Assembly (NCBI GenBank): GCA_965644265.1
Contig: OZ286466.1
Location: 24,118,001-24,182,000 of the forward strand
Origin: Glycera tridactyla
Taxonomy: Eukaryota
Reading direction: 5' to 3'
Length of the DNA stretch: 64,000 bases
Below the pieces are notes generated by a model. That model was not told where the DNA came from. It worked only from the letters and a program-made list of their open reading frames with translations, and did no database searches. Positions 44,801 to 56,877 of the stretch are shown here, one piece after another; positions within the stretch are counted from its first letter, which is position 1; each line of letters starts with the position of its first letter. The position numbers and the translations under genes were made by a program.

Positions 44801-47800
44801 CCTGGAAGAAAAAAAGGTGGGTATATATAGATGTAATTTGTAGTCCTGTGTTGACCTGGTAGAATAAGAGGTGAGTATATATAGATGTAATTTGTAGTTT
44901 AGTCTTGACCTGGAAGAAAAAGAGGTGAGTTTATATAGATGTAATTTGTAGTCCCGTGTTGACCTGGTAGAATAAGAGGTGAGTATATATAGATGTAATT
45001 TGTAGTTTAGTCCTGACCTGTTAGAAAAAAAGGTGAGTATATATAGATGTAATTTGTAGTTTCATGACCTGGTAGAAAAAGAAGTGAGTATATATAGATG
45101 TAATTTGTAGTTTAGTCTTGACCTGGAAGAAAAAAAGGTGGGTATATATAGATGTAATTTGTAGTCCCGTGTTGACCTGGTAGAATAAGAGGTGAGTATA
45201 TATAGGTGTAATTTGTAGTTCAGTCTTGACCTGGTAGAAAAAGAGGTGAGTATATATAGATGTAATTTGTAGTTTCATGACCTGGTAGAATAAGAGGTGA
45301 GTTTATATAGATGTTATTCGTAGTGTAGTCTTGACCTGGTAGAAAAAGAGGTGAGTATATATAGATGTTATTTGTAGTTTAGTCTTGACCTGGTAGAAAA
45401 AGAGGTGAGTATATATAGGTGTAATTTGTAGTTTAGTCTTGCCCTGGTAGAAAAAGGAAGTGAGTATATTTTTAAATGTAATTTGAAGTTTAGTCTGGAC
45501 CTGGTAGAATAAGAGGTGAGTATATATAGATGTTATTTGTAGTTTAGTCTTGCCCTGGTAGAAAAAGGAACTGAGTACATTTTTACATGTAATTTGAAGT
45601 TTAGTCTGGACCTGGTAGAAAAAGAGGTGAGTGTATATAGATGTGATTTGTAGTTATGTCTGGACCTAGTAGAAAAAGAGGTGTATATATATATGGATGT
45701 GATTTGTAGTTTAGTCTGGACCTAGTAGAAAAAGAGGTGTATATATATAGATGTAATTTGTAGTTTAGTCTTGACCTGGTAGAAAAAGAGGTGATTATAT
45801 ATAGGTGTGATTTGTAGTTTAGTCTTGACCTGGAAGAAAAAGAGGTGAGTATATATAGGTGTAATTTGTAGTTTAGCCTTGACCTGGTAGAAAAAGAGGT
45901 GAGTATATAAAGATGTTATTTCCAGTTTAGTCTTGACCTGGAAGAAAAAGAGGTGAGTATATATAGGTGTAATTTGTAGTTCAGTCTTGACCTGGTAGAA
46001 AAAGAGGTGAGTATATATAGGTGTAATTTGTAGTTTAGTCATGACCTGGTAGAAAAAGAGGTGAGTATATATAGATGTAATTTGTAGTTTCATGACCTGG
46101 TAGAAAAAGAGGTGTGATTATATAGATGCAATTTGTAGTTTCATGACCTGGTAGAATAAGAGGTGAGTATATATAGGTGTAATTTGTAGTTTAGTCTCGA
46201 CCTGGAAGAAAAAGAGGTGAGTATATATAGGTGTAATTTGTAGTTTAGTCTTGACCTGGTAGAAAAAGAGGTGAGTATATATAGATGTAATTTGTAGTCC
46301 CGTGTTGACCTGGTAGAAAAAGAGGTGAGTATATATAGATGTAATTTGTAGTTTCATGACCTGGTAGAAAAAGAGGTGTGATTATATAGATGCAATTTGT
46401 AGTTTCATGACCTGGTAGAATAAGAGGTGAGTATATATAGGTGTAATTTGTAGTTTAGTCATGACCTGGTAGAAAAAGAGGTGAGTATATATAGATGTAA
46501 TTTGTAGTTTCATGACCTGGTAGAAAAAGAGGTGTGATTATATAGATGCAATTTGTAGTTTCATGACCTGGTAGAATAAGAGGTGAGTATATATAGGTGT
46601 AATTTGTAGTTTAGTCTCGACCTGGAAGAAAAAGAGGTGAGTATATATAGGTGTAATTTGTAGTTTAGTCTTGACCTGGTAGAAAAAGAGGTGAGTATAT
46701 ATAGATGTAATTTGTAGTTTAGTCTTGACCTGGTAGAAAAAGAGGTGAGTATATATAGATGTAATTTGTAGTTTCATGACCTGGTAGAAAAAGAGGTGAG
46801 TATATATAAATGTAATTTGTAGTTTAGTCTTGACCTGGTAGAAAAAGAGGTGAGTATATATAGATGTTATTTGTAGTGTAGTCTTGACCAGGTAGAAAAA
46901 GAGGTGAGTATATATAGATGTTATTTGTAGTTTAGTCTTGACCTGGTAGAAAAAGAGGTGAGTATATATAGGTGTTATTTGTAGTTCAGTCTTGACCAGG
47001 TAGAAAAAGAGGTGAGTATATATAGATGTAATTTGTAGTCCCGTGTTGACCTGGTAGAATAAGAGGTGAGTATATATAGATGTAATTTGTAGTTTAGTCC
47101 TGACCTGTTAGAAAAAAAGGTGAGTATATATAGATGTAATTTGTAGTTTCATGACCTGGTAGAAAAAGAGGTGAGTATATATAGATGTAATTTGTAGTTT
47201 AGTCTTGACCTGGAAGAAAAAAAGGTGGGTATATATAGATGTAATTTGTAGTCCCGTGTTGACCTGGTAGAATAAGAGGTGAGTATATATAGATGTAATT
47301 TGTAGTTTAGTCTTGACCTGGAAGAAAAAGAGGTGAGTTTATATAGATGTAATTTGTAGTCCCGTGTTGACCTGGTAGAATAAGAGGTGAGTATATATAG
47401 ATGTAATTTGTAGTTTAGTCTTGACCTGGTAGAAAAAGAGGTGAGTATATATAGATGTAATTTGTAGTTTCATGACCTGGTAGAATAAGAGGTGAGTTTA
47501 TATAGATGTTATTCGTAGTGTAGTCTTGACCTGGTAGAAAAAGAGGTGAGTATATATAGATGTTATTTGTAGTTTAGTCTTGACCTGGTAGAAAAAGAGG
47601 TGAGTATATATAGGTGTAATTTGTAGTTTAGTCTTGCCCTGGTAGAAAAAGGAAGTGAGTATATTTTTACATGTAATTTGAAGTTTAGTCTGGACCTGGT
47701 AGAATAAGAGGTGAGTATATATAGATGTTATTTGTAGTTTAGTCTTGACCTGGTAGAAAAGGAAGTGAGTATATTTTTATATGTAATTTGTAGTTTAGTC

Positions 47801-47960
47801 TGGACCTGGTAGAAAAAGAGGTGAGTATATATAGATGTTATTTGTAGTTTAGTCTTGCCCTGGTAGAAAAAGAAGTGAGTATATTTCATATATAATTTGT
47901 AGTTCAGTCTGGACCTGGTAGAAAAAGAGGTGAGTATAGATAAATGTAATCTGTAGTTTT
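41794..47960 (+). repeat. 54/51-bp minisatellite (about 115 units) derived from the exon 4/intron 4 junction
   Basis: Unit TTTAGTCTTGACCTGGTAGAAAAAGAG|GTGAGTATATATAGATGTAATTTGTAG; 18/17-aa periodicity in the minus-strand ORFs. Confidence 0.97.
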
Positions 47961-48089
47961 CAAATGAGAGGATTGCAGAGGTGTTTGAATCATTCCAGAA
48001 TCCCACAAAAATCATGTATGGATCTCAAAATGAAGCAATCTTGATTGATTGTCCTGAGTTTCGATGCATACAAATTTGGCAGTTGTATG

Positions 48090-48215
48090 CCGGAAAAAAT
48101 GCATTCATGTTCCTGCATGCATACATGTAAAAGAACCACTGCTGTCCTTCTCAAAGAGTATGGGATTGCCCGGGTAACCATACCTTCTTTCTTCTGCATT
48201 TTCAGTCCAATATAA
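48090..48215 (+). mobile_element. Diverged family B fragment
   Basis: GTAAAAGAACCACTGCTG..AAAGAGTATGGGATTGCCC..TTTTCAGTCCAATATAAC. Confidence 0.7.
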
Positions 48216-48520
48216 CATGTGGGGCTGAGAGCATTTTAAACTAGAATAGTCCAGTGGCCCAGAAAGTTTTGAATTATTTTTCCATGCCCATTGCATGTGG
48301 ATCTGAATAATACCATAATGGTGCTCATGTGATGTTGAACAGCCATCCGACCAAACAAACAGGGAGAAATGCTGCACTGATTTTGAGAGGCAGAAAACAT
48401 CTTGGAGTGAAATTATTTTAGTATTATCTCCTGTCAGGACCTCACATAACATGTAAAATGGCTGCTGGGTTCTTTGAATGGAGGGATAAAGATGAAATGT
48501 TTATTCATCTTTTTCCATAG

Positions 48521-48662
48521 TACGGGGATCGGGAAGTAATACATCTGTGGTCACAGCTACAGCACGTCATCCCGATGATGTTCAGTGGTGTAGACATCAA
48601 ACCTGCCTTGGTTCATGCTGATCTATGGAGTGGAAATGTGGCAGAAAACAGTTGGGGGCCAC
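48521..48662 (+). CDS. FN3K: FN3K exon 5 (catalytic loop)
   Basis: ccatag|[13 protein letters not shown]...[17 protein letters not shown]|gtaagt; phase 0 to 1. Confidence 0.95.
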
Positions 48663-48739
48663 GTAAGTAGGTCATCGAATACCAATCTGCATTATATATG
48701 CACGAGAGTGATGATATTGGTGCACTAACATCTCTCACA

Positions 48740-48817
48740 CACACCCACTACACACACACACCCACATGCAATGTGAGGTACATATGCAAGCCATTTGGGC
48801 ATTTGTTAGATATGGAT

Positions 48818-48872
<55 letters not shown>

Positions 48873-48980
48873 CAATGTGAGGTACATATGCAAGCCATTT
48901 GGGCATTTGTTAGATATAAATGCATGCACATGCACACACACGCACACACACACACGCACGCATGCACACACACACACATA
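48740..48980. repeat. (CA)n microsatellites within a short tandem duplication
   Basis: CATGCAATGTGAGGTACATATGCAAGCCATTTGGGCATTTGTTAGATA occurs twice, separated by (CA)n. Confidence 0.9.
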
Positions 48981-49031
48981 ATCCACACATGAGCAGAGCC
49001 ACAAAATAACAATCATTTCATAATATTCCAG

Positions 49032-49206
49032 TGATTTTTGATCCAACATCATTCTATGGACACAGCGAGTTTGAATTTGGCAATATTGAGCTGTTTGGCG
49101 GGTTTGGGCCGGACTTTCTTGATGCATATCGCAAGGTGTTGCCAGAGGTGCAAGGCTACAAACAGCGTGTCCAACTCTATATGCTTTATAATGCTGTAAA
49201 CCACTG
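49032..49206 (+). CDS. FN3K: FN3K exon 6
   Basis: ccag|LIFDPTSFYGHSEFE...FGGF...LYMLYNAVNHW|gtaag; phase 1 to 2. Confidence 0.95.
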
Positions 49207-49282
49207 GTAAGAAACACACTCTTGGTTTTTCTTGTGAAGCTTAGTATGCTTACCCAACTTCAGTGAAATAAACATCTGGTCC

Positions 49283-49385
49283 GAGTGTCTGTGAATTTCA
49301 TAAATTTTCCTCTTCCAGTTTGGACCCAGAAGGAGGAGTCTTGGAAGATCCCACACATGCCCAATGCATGGGCATCAGAATATAT
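49283..49385 (+). mobile_element. Family A partial copy
   Basis: GAGTGTCTGTGAATTTC..GACCCAGAAGGAGGAGTCTTGGAAGATCCC. Confidence 0.8.
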
Positions 49386-50057
49386 GTTTGGTCCAGAGCC
49401 CCTATCATCCACAAGACCAGGGCATATTTTTGTGATTTCATTGAATAATTCTAGCGATTTCAATCATGGTGATAATTTCAGGATTTGGCACTGAGAGAGT
49501 CCATTATAAAGACTAAGCATAGTTATGGTCAAATTCTCTACAATAACCATGCATGGCGGTATCCAGGCTTTTCTAAATTGGGCGGCATTTGCACTCTAAT
49601 TTGAAAAAAGGCCTTTCTTCTCGAAATCACCCAAATTGGGTTCACTAAACATGGGAGAATGCAACCGATATGTTTGTTCAGGGGCATCTTGGTCCCTGAT
49701 TACATTAAAAAAAAGCCCAAAGATTGTGAAGTGCCTCCATGCCCCCGCCCCCTCCGGAATGCAACCCTGATCATGCTTGGTTGCATAAAAGAGCAACCTT
49801 TGTAGAGAGATTGTTCACATGGTCACAGTTCAGGGTGGCCTTTGTAGGCAGGTGGCTGTAGTTTAGAGGTTGTCTTTCAAGCATGTTTGACTGTAAATGA
49901 CTATTGGTAGGCCCTTGTAAGATTCCTATCCTCATAATTGAAGAAAGAAGCCACTCAAATATTATCAAACAAAAAAGAATTTCTCTTTGTGAAGTAATAC
50001 ACTGAAACTGAATAATTTGAATACATGCAGCTGATACCTTTCTTTCCTCTATTTCAG

Positions 50058-50121
50058 GAATCATTTTGGATTGAAATACCGTGACCAAACCTTGAAGCTG
50101 ATGAGGCAGCTAGTGGAATAG
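50058..50121 (+). CDS. FN3K: FN3K exon 7 (last coding exon)
   Basis: atttcag|(W)NHFGLKYRDQTLKLMRQLVE*; total CDS 933 nt = 310 aa. Confidence 0.93.
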
Positions 50122-50367
50122 AGATGTCCATCGTTGAAATGCTACTAGTGCTTCACCCAGGTTCACTAGAAAGGGTGATGGCATTGTACTGAGTAATCAT
50201 TGGACACTCTTTATTGTAGAGCTTGTTTTATGTTGAGTTGACAGTTCATAAGTGAACATATTGGTGAAGTATTCTCCGAACCAGATTCTTTCATTTCAAA
50301 TCCTGAACTTTGCTCTTAAGAGTGCCGTCATGCTCGAGTGTCAGCTTCAAGCAAAAATCACAGTAAG

Positions 50368-50526
50368 CAGTAGCAGATTTAGAGGGTGGCGCCTCTTGGG
50401 ACGAGCCCCCTCTTATTTGACCCTGAAGATGATCATCTAGTCATATTATGAGGGCCAATACAACCCCAGCCTACACACCAAGTGGGTGTGCGCCCCCTCT
50501 TTCTAGAAATCCTGGATCCGACACTG
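50368..50526. mobile_element. hAT-like MITE nested in a family C copy (50240-50680)
   Basis: CAGTAGCAGATT...GGATCCGACACTG; 5-bp duplication GTAAG; removing it restores the family C sequence. Confidence 0.75.
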
Positions 50527-50781
50527 GTAAGATATGCCATCAATAGATCCATTCGTTTAGTATGTTAAGATGTATCTGAACTGTCCGCAACTACCATTTC
50601 ACAACCTTTTTGATTCCTTTGTCATCTCATGTCCAGGGTTTGTGAGACTGATGTCTGATGGGTATAGAACATCCAGCTGTCATAGATCGGGGGGTCATTG
50701 CCCACAATTGCCTTGAAAAGGGGCTCACACCTGATAAAATATGTAGAAGCCTGAGCATGTATACTATGGACTATTTGGGTA

Positions 50782-50932
50782 CAGTAAAACCTGCTATAGT
50801 GTAATCCTGTCCACAGTGAAATCCTGTCTACAGTTTTTTTTTCACTATAATTGACCTGTATATAGTGAAATCCTGTCTACAGTGAAAAGAAAAATCTGGC
50901 CCGTGACTTTTCACTATAGACAGGTTTTACTG
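50782..50932. mobile_element. Tc1/mariner (Tigger/pogo-like) MITE
   Basis: TA-CAGTAAAACCTG...CAGGTTTTACTG-TA. Confidence 0.85.
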
Positions 50933-52179
50933 TAGTTTGTCTAGTGAAAACACCAAATGTGCCATATGACATTGATGATCTTTATATCTATGGTGCTTTT
51001 TTTTTGGGGGGGGGGGGGGGGGAGGGGGGGTTACTTATTTCATGGTAGTGCATCTATACTACCGAAGATGTGGCAACCATCATGGTTTTGGACTTTTGAT
51101 TTGTCTTTTGAGCTGGAATTTCAGCATTTTTTGCATAATATTACTCAACGAACACCGACCTTTCCCATAGATTTAATGCAAATACTCATATTGCTTTTTC
51201 TATTTTCGTGCCTCGGAGGTTAGCATCTCTGAAAGTAGCCAACATATCTATTACAAATACTGAATGTGCAATGTATGTTTATATTTTGTTTCATGGTTTC
51301 ATAGTTGCTCATGCCCTGCTAGAGTATTAAGGCATTTTACATTCTACTGTAAGACTGGGATATCCATATACGCTATTTTAGATGTATTATTCTACTTCAT
51401 TTTGAAGCGGTCATTGTTCTCCATTGATTGCTCTATTTTATCATTGGAAGGAAAACCAGGCTCAGACAAAAATATAAAGATGATTACTGCATCAGATATT
51501 ATGCATGTACAGTCAAGCCTTACTACAAAGACCACCTCAGTCACATTAAAAAGTGGTCTTCGTATACAGGTGGCCTTCGTGGAGAGGTTGTTCAATGTAG
51601 AAAATAATACTGGCTGCACATACGATAAACAACTGAGTGGTAATTGTTTGGAGAACCATCAACCACAAATGGTACTCACTGCTGTAGTTGTGCGTTTTAA
51701 TAGCATGACTTGAATGTATAGATCCTCTGGCATACATCAAACCAGATTTGAGATGGACAGTGTGCTTTTGATGATTTGCTCTCATTTTATTGCATTTATA
51801 TGGCAAAACTGTCATGTTCGGCGGGCCATTTGTGAGAAACAATGGAGATATGGTCACCAAATTTGATGAGAAAACAAAGTGAAATTGACACATTTAGCAT
51901 GCTCAAGTGAAATATACTAGTGGACTTTGTTGTGATCACATCTCTAGTTACCTGAGATGTCAACAAAGTTGGTCACTGAGTTTCATTTCAATCTGATGCC
52001 AATTTGCGATACAATGGTTAAAAATGTACCTGTCATGTATGGGCTTAATAGACACATTACTGCCAATTGTTACATAGAGCATTTGCTTATGTCTGCGAAG
52101 CCTGCACAATGTTACCATTTACCCTTTTGCTTCACATGACGAGCTTTGACATTTAGCTGATAGTGTATTTTGATGTGCA

Positions 52180-52353
52180 CAGTGAAACCTGCTACAAGAG
52201 ACCGCCCTGAATGTCACCAAAAAGCAGTCTCAAAACAGGTGGTCCCTCATCGGAGGTATATTTGACTATGTCAAACAGAAAAGCTGCCCTGGAAAAGGGG
52301 TCTCGCATCAGAGGTGGTCTCTCATCAGGGGTCTCTCGTCGCAGGTTTCACTG
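52180..52353. mobile_element. Tigger/pogo-like MITE (related pieces near 33610, 41530, 49800, 51510, 52860, 61903-62048)
   Basis: TIR CAGTGAAACCTGC / GCAGGTTTCACTG-TA; internal GAGGTGGTCTC repeats. Confidence 0.8.
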
Positions 52354-54085
52354 TAGTACTTTCTCTGTTTTGACATGTGGCAGTTGGTGCATGCGAGAGA
52401 TTATGATCATCTCAAATATCGCTGGATGATGGAAGCAAGTGACAATAATCCTTCTATTGAATCCCTTTGTTAGAATTACGTTTCTCAGTGCTTCTGTTCT
52501 CAACGACTTCTCAATAGAAAACTCGTTACCACTGGTGATGCGAGATTTCAGTTTCTTCGCCTGCTGTCATGCTGAACCGACATTACTGTAGCTTACCGAG
52601 TCACACAATGTATCATATGATTTCTCAATAGATACTGGTATATCTAACTTGTTTTTGTACTGGTTTGTTTGTTATACGTACTTTCTGTACTTGTTTGTTT
52701 GTTATGAATTTGATAGCCCAGCTACACATTTGTTAAATTTTAACCTCTCCAGGAGACCAGTCTAGTGTCAAGGGAATGAGAATGGAATCTTGCTTTCAAA
52801 AATATTCTTTTTTATTTGCATGCCTCATAATGACCATCAATGTGTTATAAAAATATCATATAGTGAAACCTCAAACAAGAGACTACATGTACCTCTTTCA
52901 AGAGGCCACTTTTTGGTGACAGTCAGGGCTCAAATTTCAGAATTTTAGAGCTCAGAAAATAATCATGGTCCTCAGATTTCAGATACTCAAGAAAGCAATG
53001 ATTGAATGACTGGAAATTCAGGAGCATGAGTCAGAAATTTATTTTAGGCAGATTGATTGATGATGTTGACCTTCATCAGCCAGAGTAAAAAGTACAGCAT
53101 TCAGCTATTTGGCTGAAGCATGTGCCAAATAGTGTTCAGAAAATATCAGCCTTGAAACATTCTCGATTTCAATTTTCTATCAAATTTTCATAATTCTAAC
53201 ATATGTCTGAAATTGGCATCACTGTTGATGACACTGGCAGTATGACTACTGTGTCCATGTAATACTTTAGGGTGACATCTGTGGGCAGGTGGTCTTCCTA
53301 TAGAAGAGGTACATATATGTCAAACAAGTTGGACTAACAAGTTGGACTCTGATACGCCCACAGTCGCGCGATGCGAGATCGGCCGGTAGCTGACAGCTCG
53401 AGGTGACGCGCGAGTAGAGTAGAGAGAGAGAAGAAGTTGCGCAACTCGGCCCGGAGCTCCGGGAGCGCGGCGCGATCCACGCTCGTTTCAATCGGCATTT
53501 AGTCACCATTTCGCACAAATGATACTCACATTTGATCTAATTATGCTTTAAAGTGTATTCCCTTGCAATTGGTGTTAGTTTCGTGTGTTGACAATGTCAT
53601 TTTGAGTAAGAAATCGAGCCAAGAAGTGGAAAGAATCTAGTGTCTAGATTCGTAGATACGCATCATCACTGCTGGTCAAGGTATTGTGGAGGGGCTACCT
53701 CTGATGGACCATGTGAGTGAGCCTGACAGTAGGACCGGGCTTAAGGGGAGTGCTCCTTGCATTTGAGGAGCAGGGAGAAATCATTAATCCAATTAAATTC
53801 AATTCAATATTCATTATTACAGGCTTATCAAATAGAAATAACAACAGCACTACATTTGTAATTAAGATACTACAATAACATAGACACACATACAAATACA
53901 TGAAATAGAATGGGTGCACTGGCAAATACAGTGTTAACATCATTTCAGGGAAATTCAAAATAACTATTTCAGCCATAGTATATACAGTAGTAGCTGCCAT
54001 GCTCAGGTGATGGTAACCTGACCATTTGTGCCTAGGAAGGAGAGAGCCTGCAATTCGAGTACAGGTTTTCCCAAGATTGTGGGGG

Positions 54086-55400
54086 ATGAATATCACTTTC
54101 TGGAGGAATGTGGGAGTGTGAGGCCTCCAAGCAGATACATGCTGTGGGGATAAATATCACCTTCTGATAGTATGTGGGAATTTGAGGCATCCAGGCAGCT
54201 ACATCCTGTGGGGATGAATATTACTTTCTGATAGTATGTGGGAATTTGAAGCCTTGAGGCAGCTGGATGTTGTAGGGAGGAATATCACTTTCTGATAGTA
54301 TGTGGGAGTTTGAGGCCTTCAGGCAGCTAGATGCTGTGGGGATGAATATCACTTTCTGATAGTATGTGGGAGTTTGAGGCCTTCAGGCAGCTAGATGCTG
54401 TGGGGATGAATATCACTTTCTGATAGTATGTGGGAATTTGAAGTCTCAAGGCAGCGGGATGCTGTGGGGATGAATATCACTTTCTGATAGTATGTGGGAG
54501 TTTGAGGCCTTCAGGCAGCTAGATGCTGTGGGGATGAATATCACTTTCTGATAGTATATGGTAGTTTGAGGCCTTCAGGCAGCTACATCCTGTGGGGATG
54601 AATATCACTTTCTGATAGTATGTGGGAATTTGAAGCCTCAAGGCAGCGGGATGCTGTGGGGATGAATATCACTTTCTGATAGTATGTGGGAGTTTGAGGC
54701 CTTCAGGCAGCTAGATGCTGTGGGGATGAATATCACTTTCTGATAGTATGTGGTAGTTTGAGGCCTTCAGGCAGCTAGATGCTGTGGGGATGAATATCAC
54801 TTTCTGATAGTATGTGGGAATTTGAAGCCTCAAGGCAGCGGGATGCTGTGGGGATGAATATCACTTTCTGATAGTATGTGGGAGTTTGAGGCCTTCAGGC
54901 AGCTAGATGCTGTGGGGATGAATATCACTTTCTGATAGTATATGGTAGTTTGAGGCCTTCAGGCAGCTACATCCTGTGGGGATGAATATCACTTTATGAT
55001 ACTATGTGGGAATTTGAAGCCTCAAGGCAGCGGGATGCTGTGGGGATGAATATCACTTTCTGATAGTATGTGGGAGTTTGAGGCCTTCAGGCAGCTAGAT
55101 GCTGTGGGGATGAATATCACTTTCTGATAGTATGTGGGAATTTGAAGCCTCAAGGCAGCGGGATGTTGTGGGGATGAATATCACTTTCTGATAGTATGTG
55201 GGAGTTTGAAGCCTCAAGGCAGCGGGATGCTGTGGGGATGAATATCACTTTCTGATAGTATGTGGGAAAATGAGGCCTTCAGGCAGCTAGATGCTGTGGA
55301 GATGAATATCACTTTCTGATAGTATGTGGGAATTTGAAGCCTCAAGGCAGCTAAATGCTGTGGAGATGAATATCACTTTCTGATAGTATGTGCGAGTTCT
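54086..55400 (+). repeat. 64-bp minisatellite, left arm (about 20 units)
   Basis: TGTGGGGATGAATATCACTTTCTGATAGTATGTGGGAGTTTGAGGCCTTCAGGCAGCTAGATGC; period 64 (54301 to 54365). Confidence 0.95.
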
Positions 55401-56040
55401 GAGACCCCAAGTCAGTAGATGGTTGAATACTAGCTGCCAAGATAGCCCCTGGCCACAACATTTGTGTATCTTGTCAGGCTAGTTAAGTACCAGCGTGATG
55501 CTGTGGGGGATGGAGATCATTTTCTGAAGGAGTGTGGGAGTTTTGAGACCCTCAGGCAGCAGATATCAGTTCAGCCCTAGCATACATGCCCCAATTTTAT
55601 TCACCTCACTATGCAGGACAAGTGTATTTATATTTTGTGTGCAGAAGGTCAGCTTGCAAGATCAGCTACTATTTCCATGTCTGAAGCACTTCAGGTGAAA
55701 CATGTGGGCAGGCGATGGAAACGGGCTGCTATCCGTGAGGAGAGGAGCATGTTTTCAGCTGAATGCATATATCCATAGCTACAAAAGGCAACTCTGATCA
55801 AAGATAAACTAGGCTACAACTTCACAGGCTTAATCATCATATCGTATTTGATCATGTGTATATATGTTCCGTCTAACTGAAGAAGAATACATTGTTGTAT
55901 CTAACTGTTTAGCACAAATAAATATGAATCGGTTCCATTATAGAACAAAATTTTATTCTAAAGCTGATTCGACTGCAGTGATGCCCATAAATCAATTAGG
56001 ATTTATAGTGACAGGGATATAATCATGTATTTTAGGCATC

Positions 56041-56203
56041 AGGCCTATTCGACTGGTCGAATAGGTTTCATTTAATGAGTTCAACACAATCAAACACCTG
56101 TTTAGATCGTACACAATGGAAAAAGTGTTGAGCGATCACCGGAATACAAAACGTAGTCAACTGACAGGCCGTACTCAACAAAACCGACCAGTCGAATAGG
56201 CCT
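56041..56203. mobile_element. MITE with AGGCCTATTCGACTGGTCG TIR (PIF/Harbinger-like?); relative at 57699-57913
   Basis: 19-bp perfect TIR; second diverged copy in opposite orientation. Confidence 0.7.
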
Positions 56204-56554
56204 AATGAAAACAGATCAGAATATTTGTTGGCAGGCTATCAGTCAGTAGGTATGATCACCTCAATGATGCTAGAATGACCAATGCCTAGTATCTCCACAA
56301 AGTTTGAAGTGGAAGATAATGAGCAAGTGCTGACCACATTGAATTATTAAGCAGGGATTATCTGTCTTGTGTTTGTTCAACAAATTTGATACCCTGGAGA
56401 GCAACTGATGTTTCTCACACTGGTGTCATAGTATTGACTAAGGGGATTTAAGGCACGACCTACTGGACACCTTGTTGATTAAAGAGGCCGTCCAATACCA
56501 CGATAGGGGGTCCAAATGACGGCTTGACTTATAACTGGCTAACACACTGTCAAG

Positions 56555-56556
<2 letters not shown>

Positions 56557-56623
<67 letters not shown>
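56557..56623. repeat. (CT)n microsatellite
   Basis: Direct reading. Confidence 0.97.
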
Positions 56624-56625
<2 letters not shown>

Positions 56626-56696
56626 GCCAATCGCAATGTGCAGTAGTGGGAGGATGTAAAAAAAAAAAGAAATCAGGAGATATTCCCGACACTCAA

Positions 56697-56877
56697 TGAC
56701 AGAAATGACACCTTGAGTGTCTGTGAATTTCATAAATTTTCACCTTCTGTTGGGGATCCAGAAGGAGGAGTCTTGAATGATCCCACCCATGCCCATTGCA
56801 TGGGCGTCACAATACAGCCCAGATGGAGCTGACGTGACGTTAAACCCCCAACAAAACAAACAAAACAAACAAACAAA
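56697..56877 (+). mobile_element. Family A copy with TSD
   Basis: 12-bp TSD CCCGACACTCAA (56685-56696 and 56878-56889). Confidence 0.9.

Noticed and set aside
41794-47960. CRISPR-like array (also considered for the 33-bp and 64-bp arrays)
   Set aside because: Units are head-to-tail with no unique spacers, there are no cas genes, and the context is eukaryotic.
41701-48015. Minus-strand ORFs repeating LQITSIYTHLFFYQVKTK
   Set aside because: By-product of a 54/51-bp unit (a multiple of 3) read antisense; the unit is explained by the FN3K exon/intron junction.
53359-53365. CACAGTC terminus resembling the RSS heptamer (Transib/RAG-like transposon)
   Set aside because: The flanking duplication is 8 bp (GATACGCC), not the 5 bp expected; there is no nonamer-like motif and no RAG1-like ORF.
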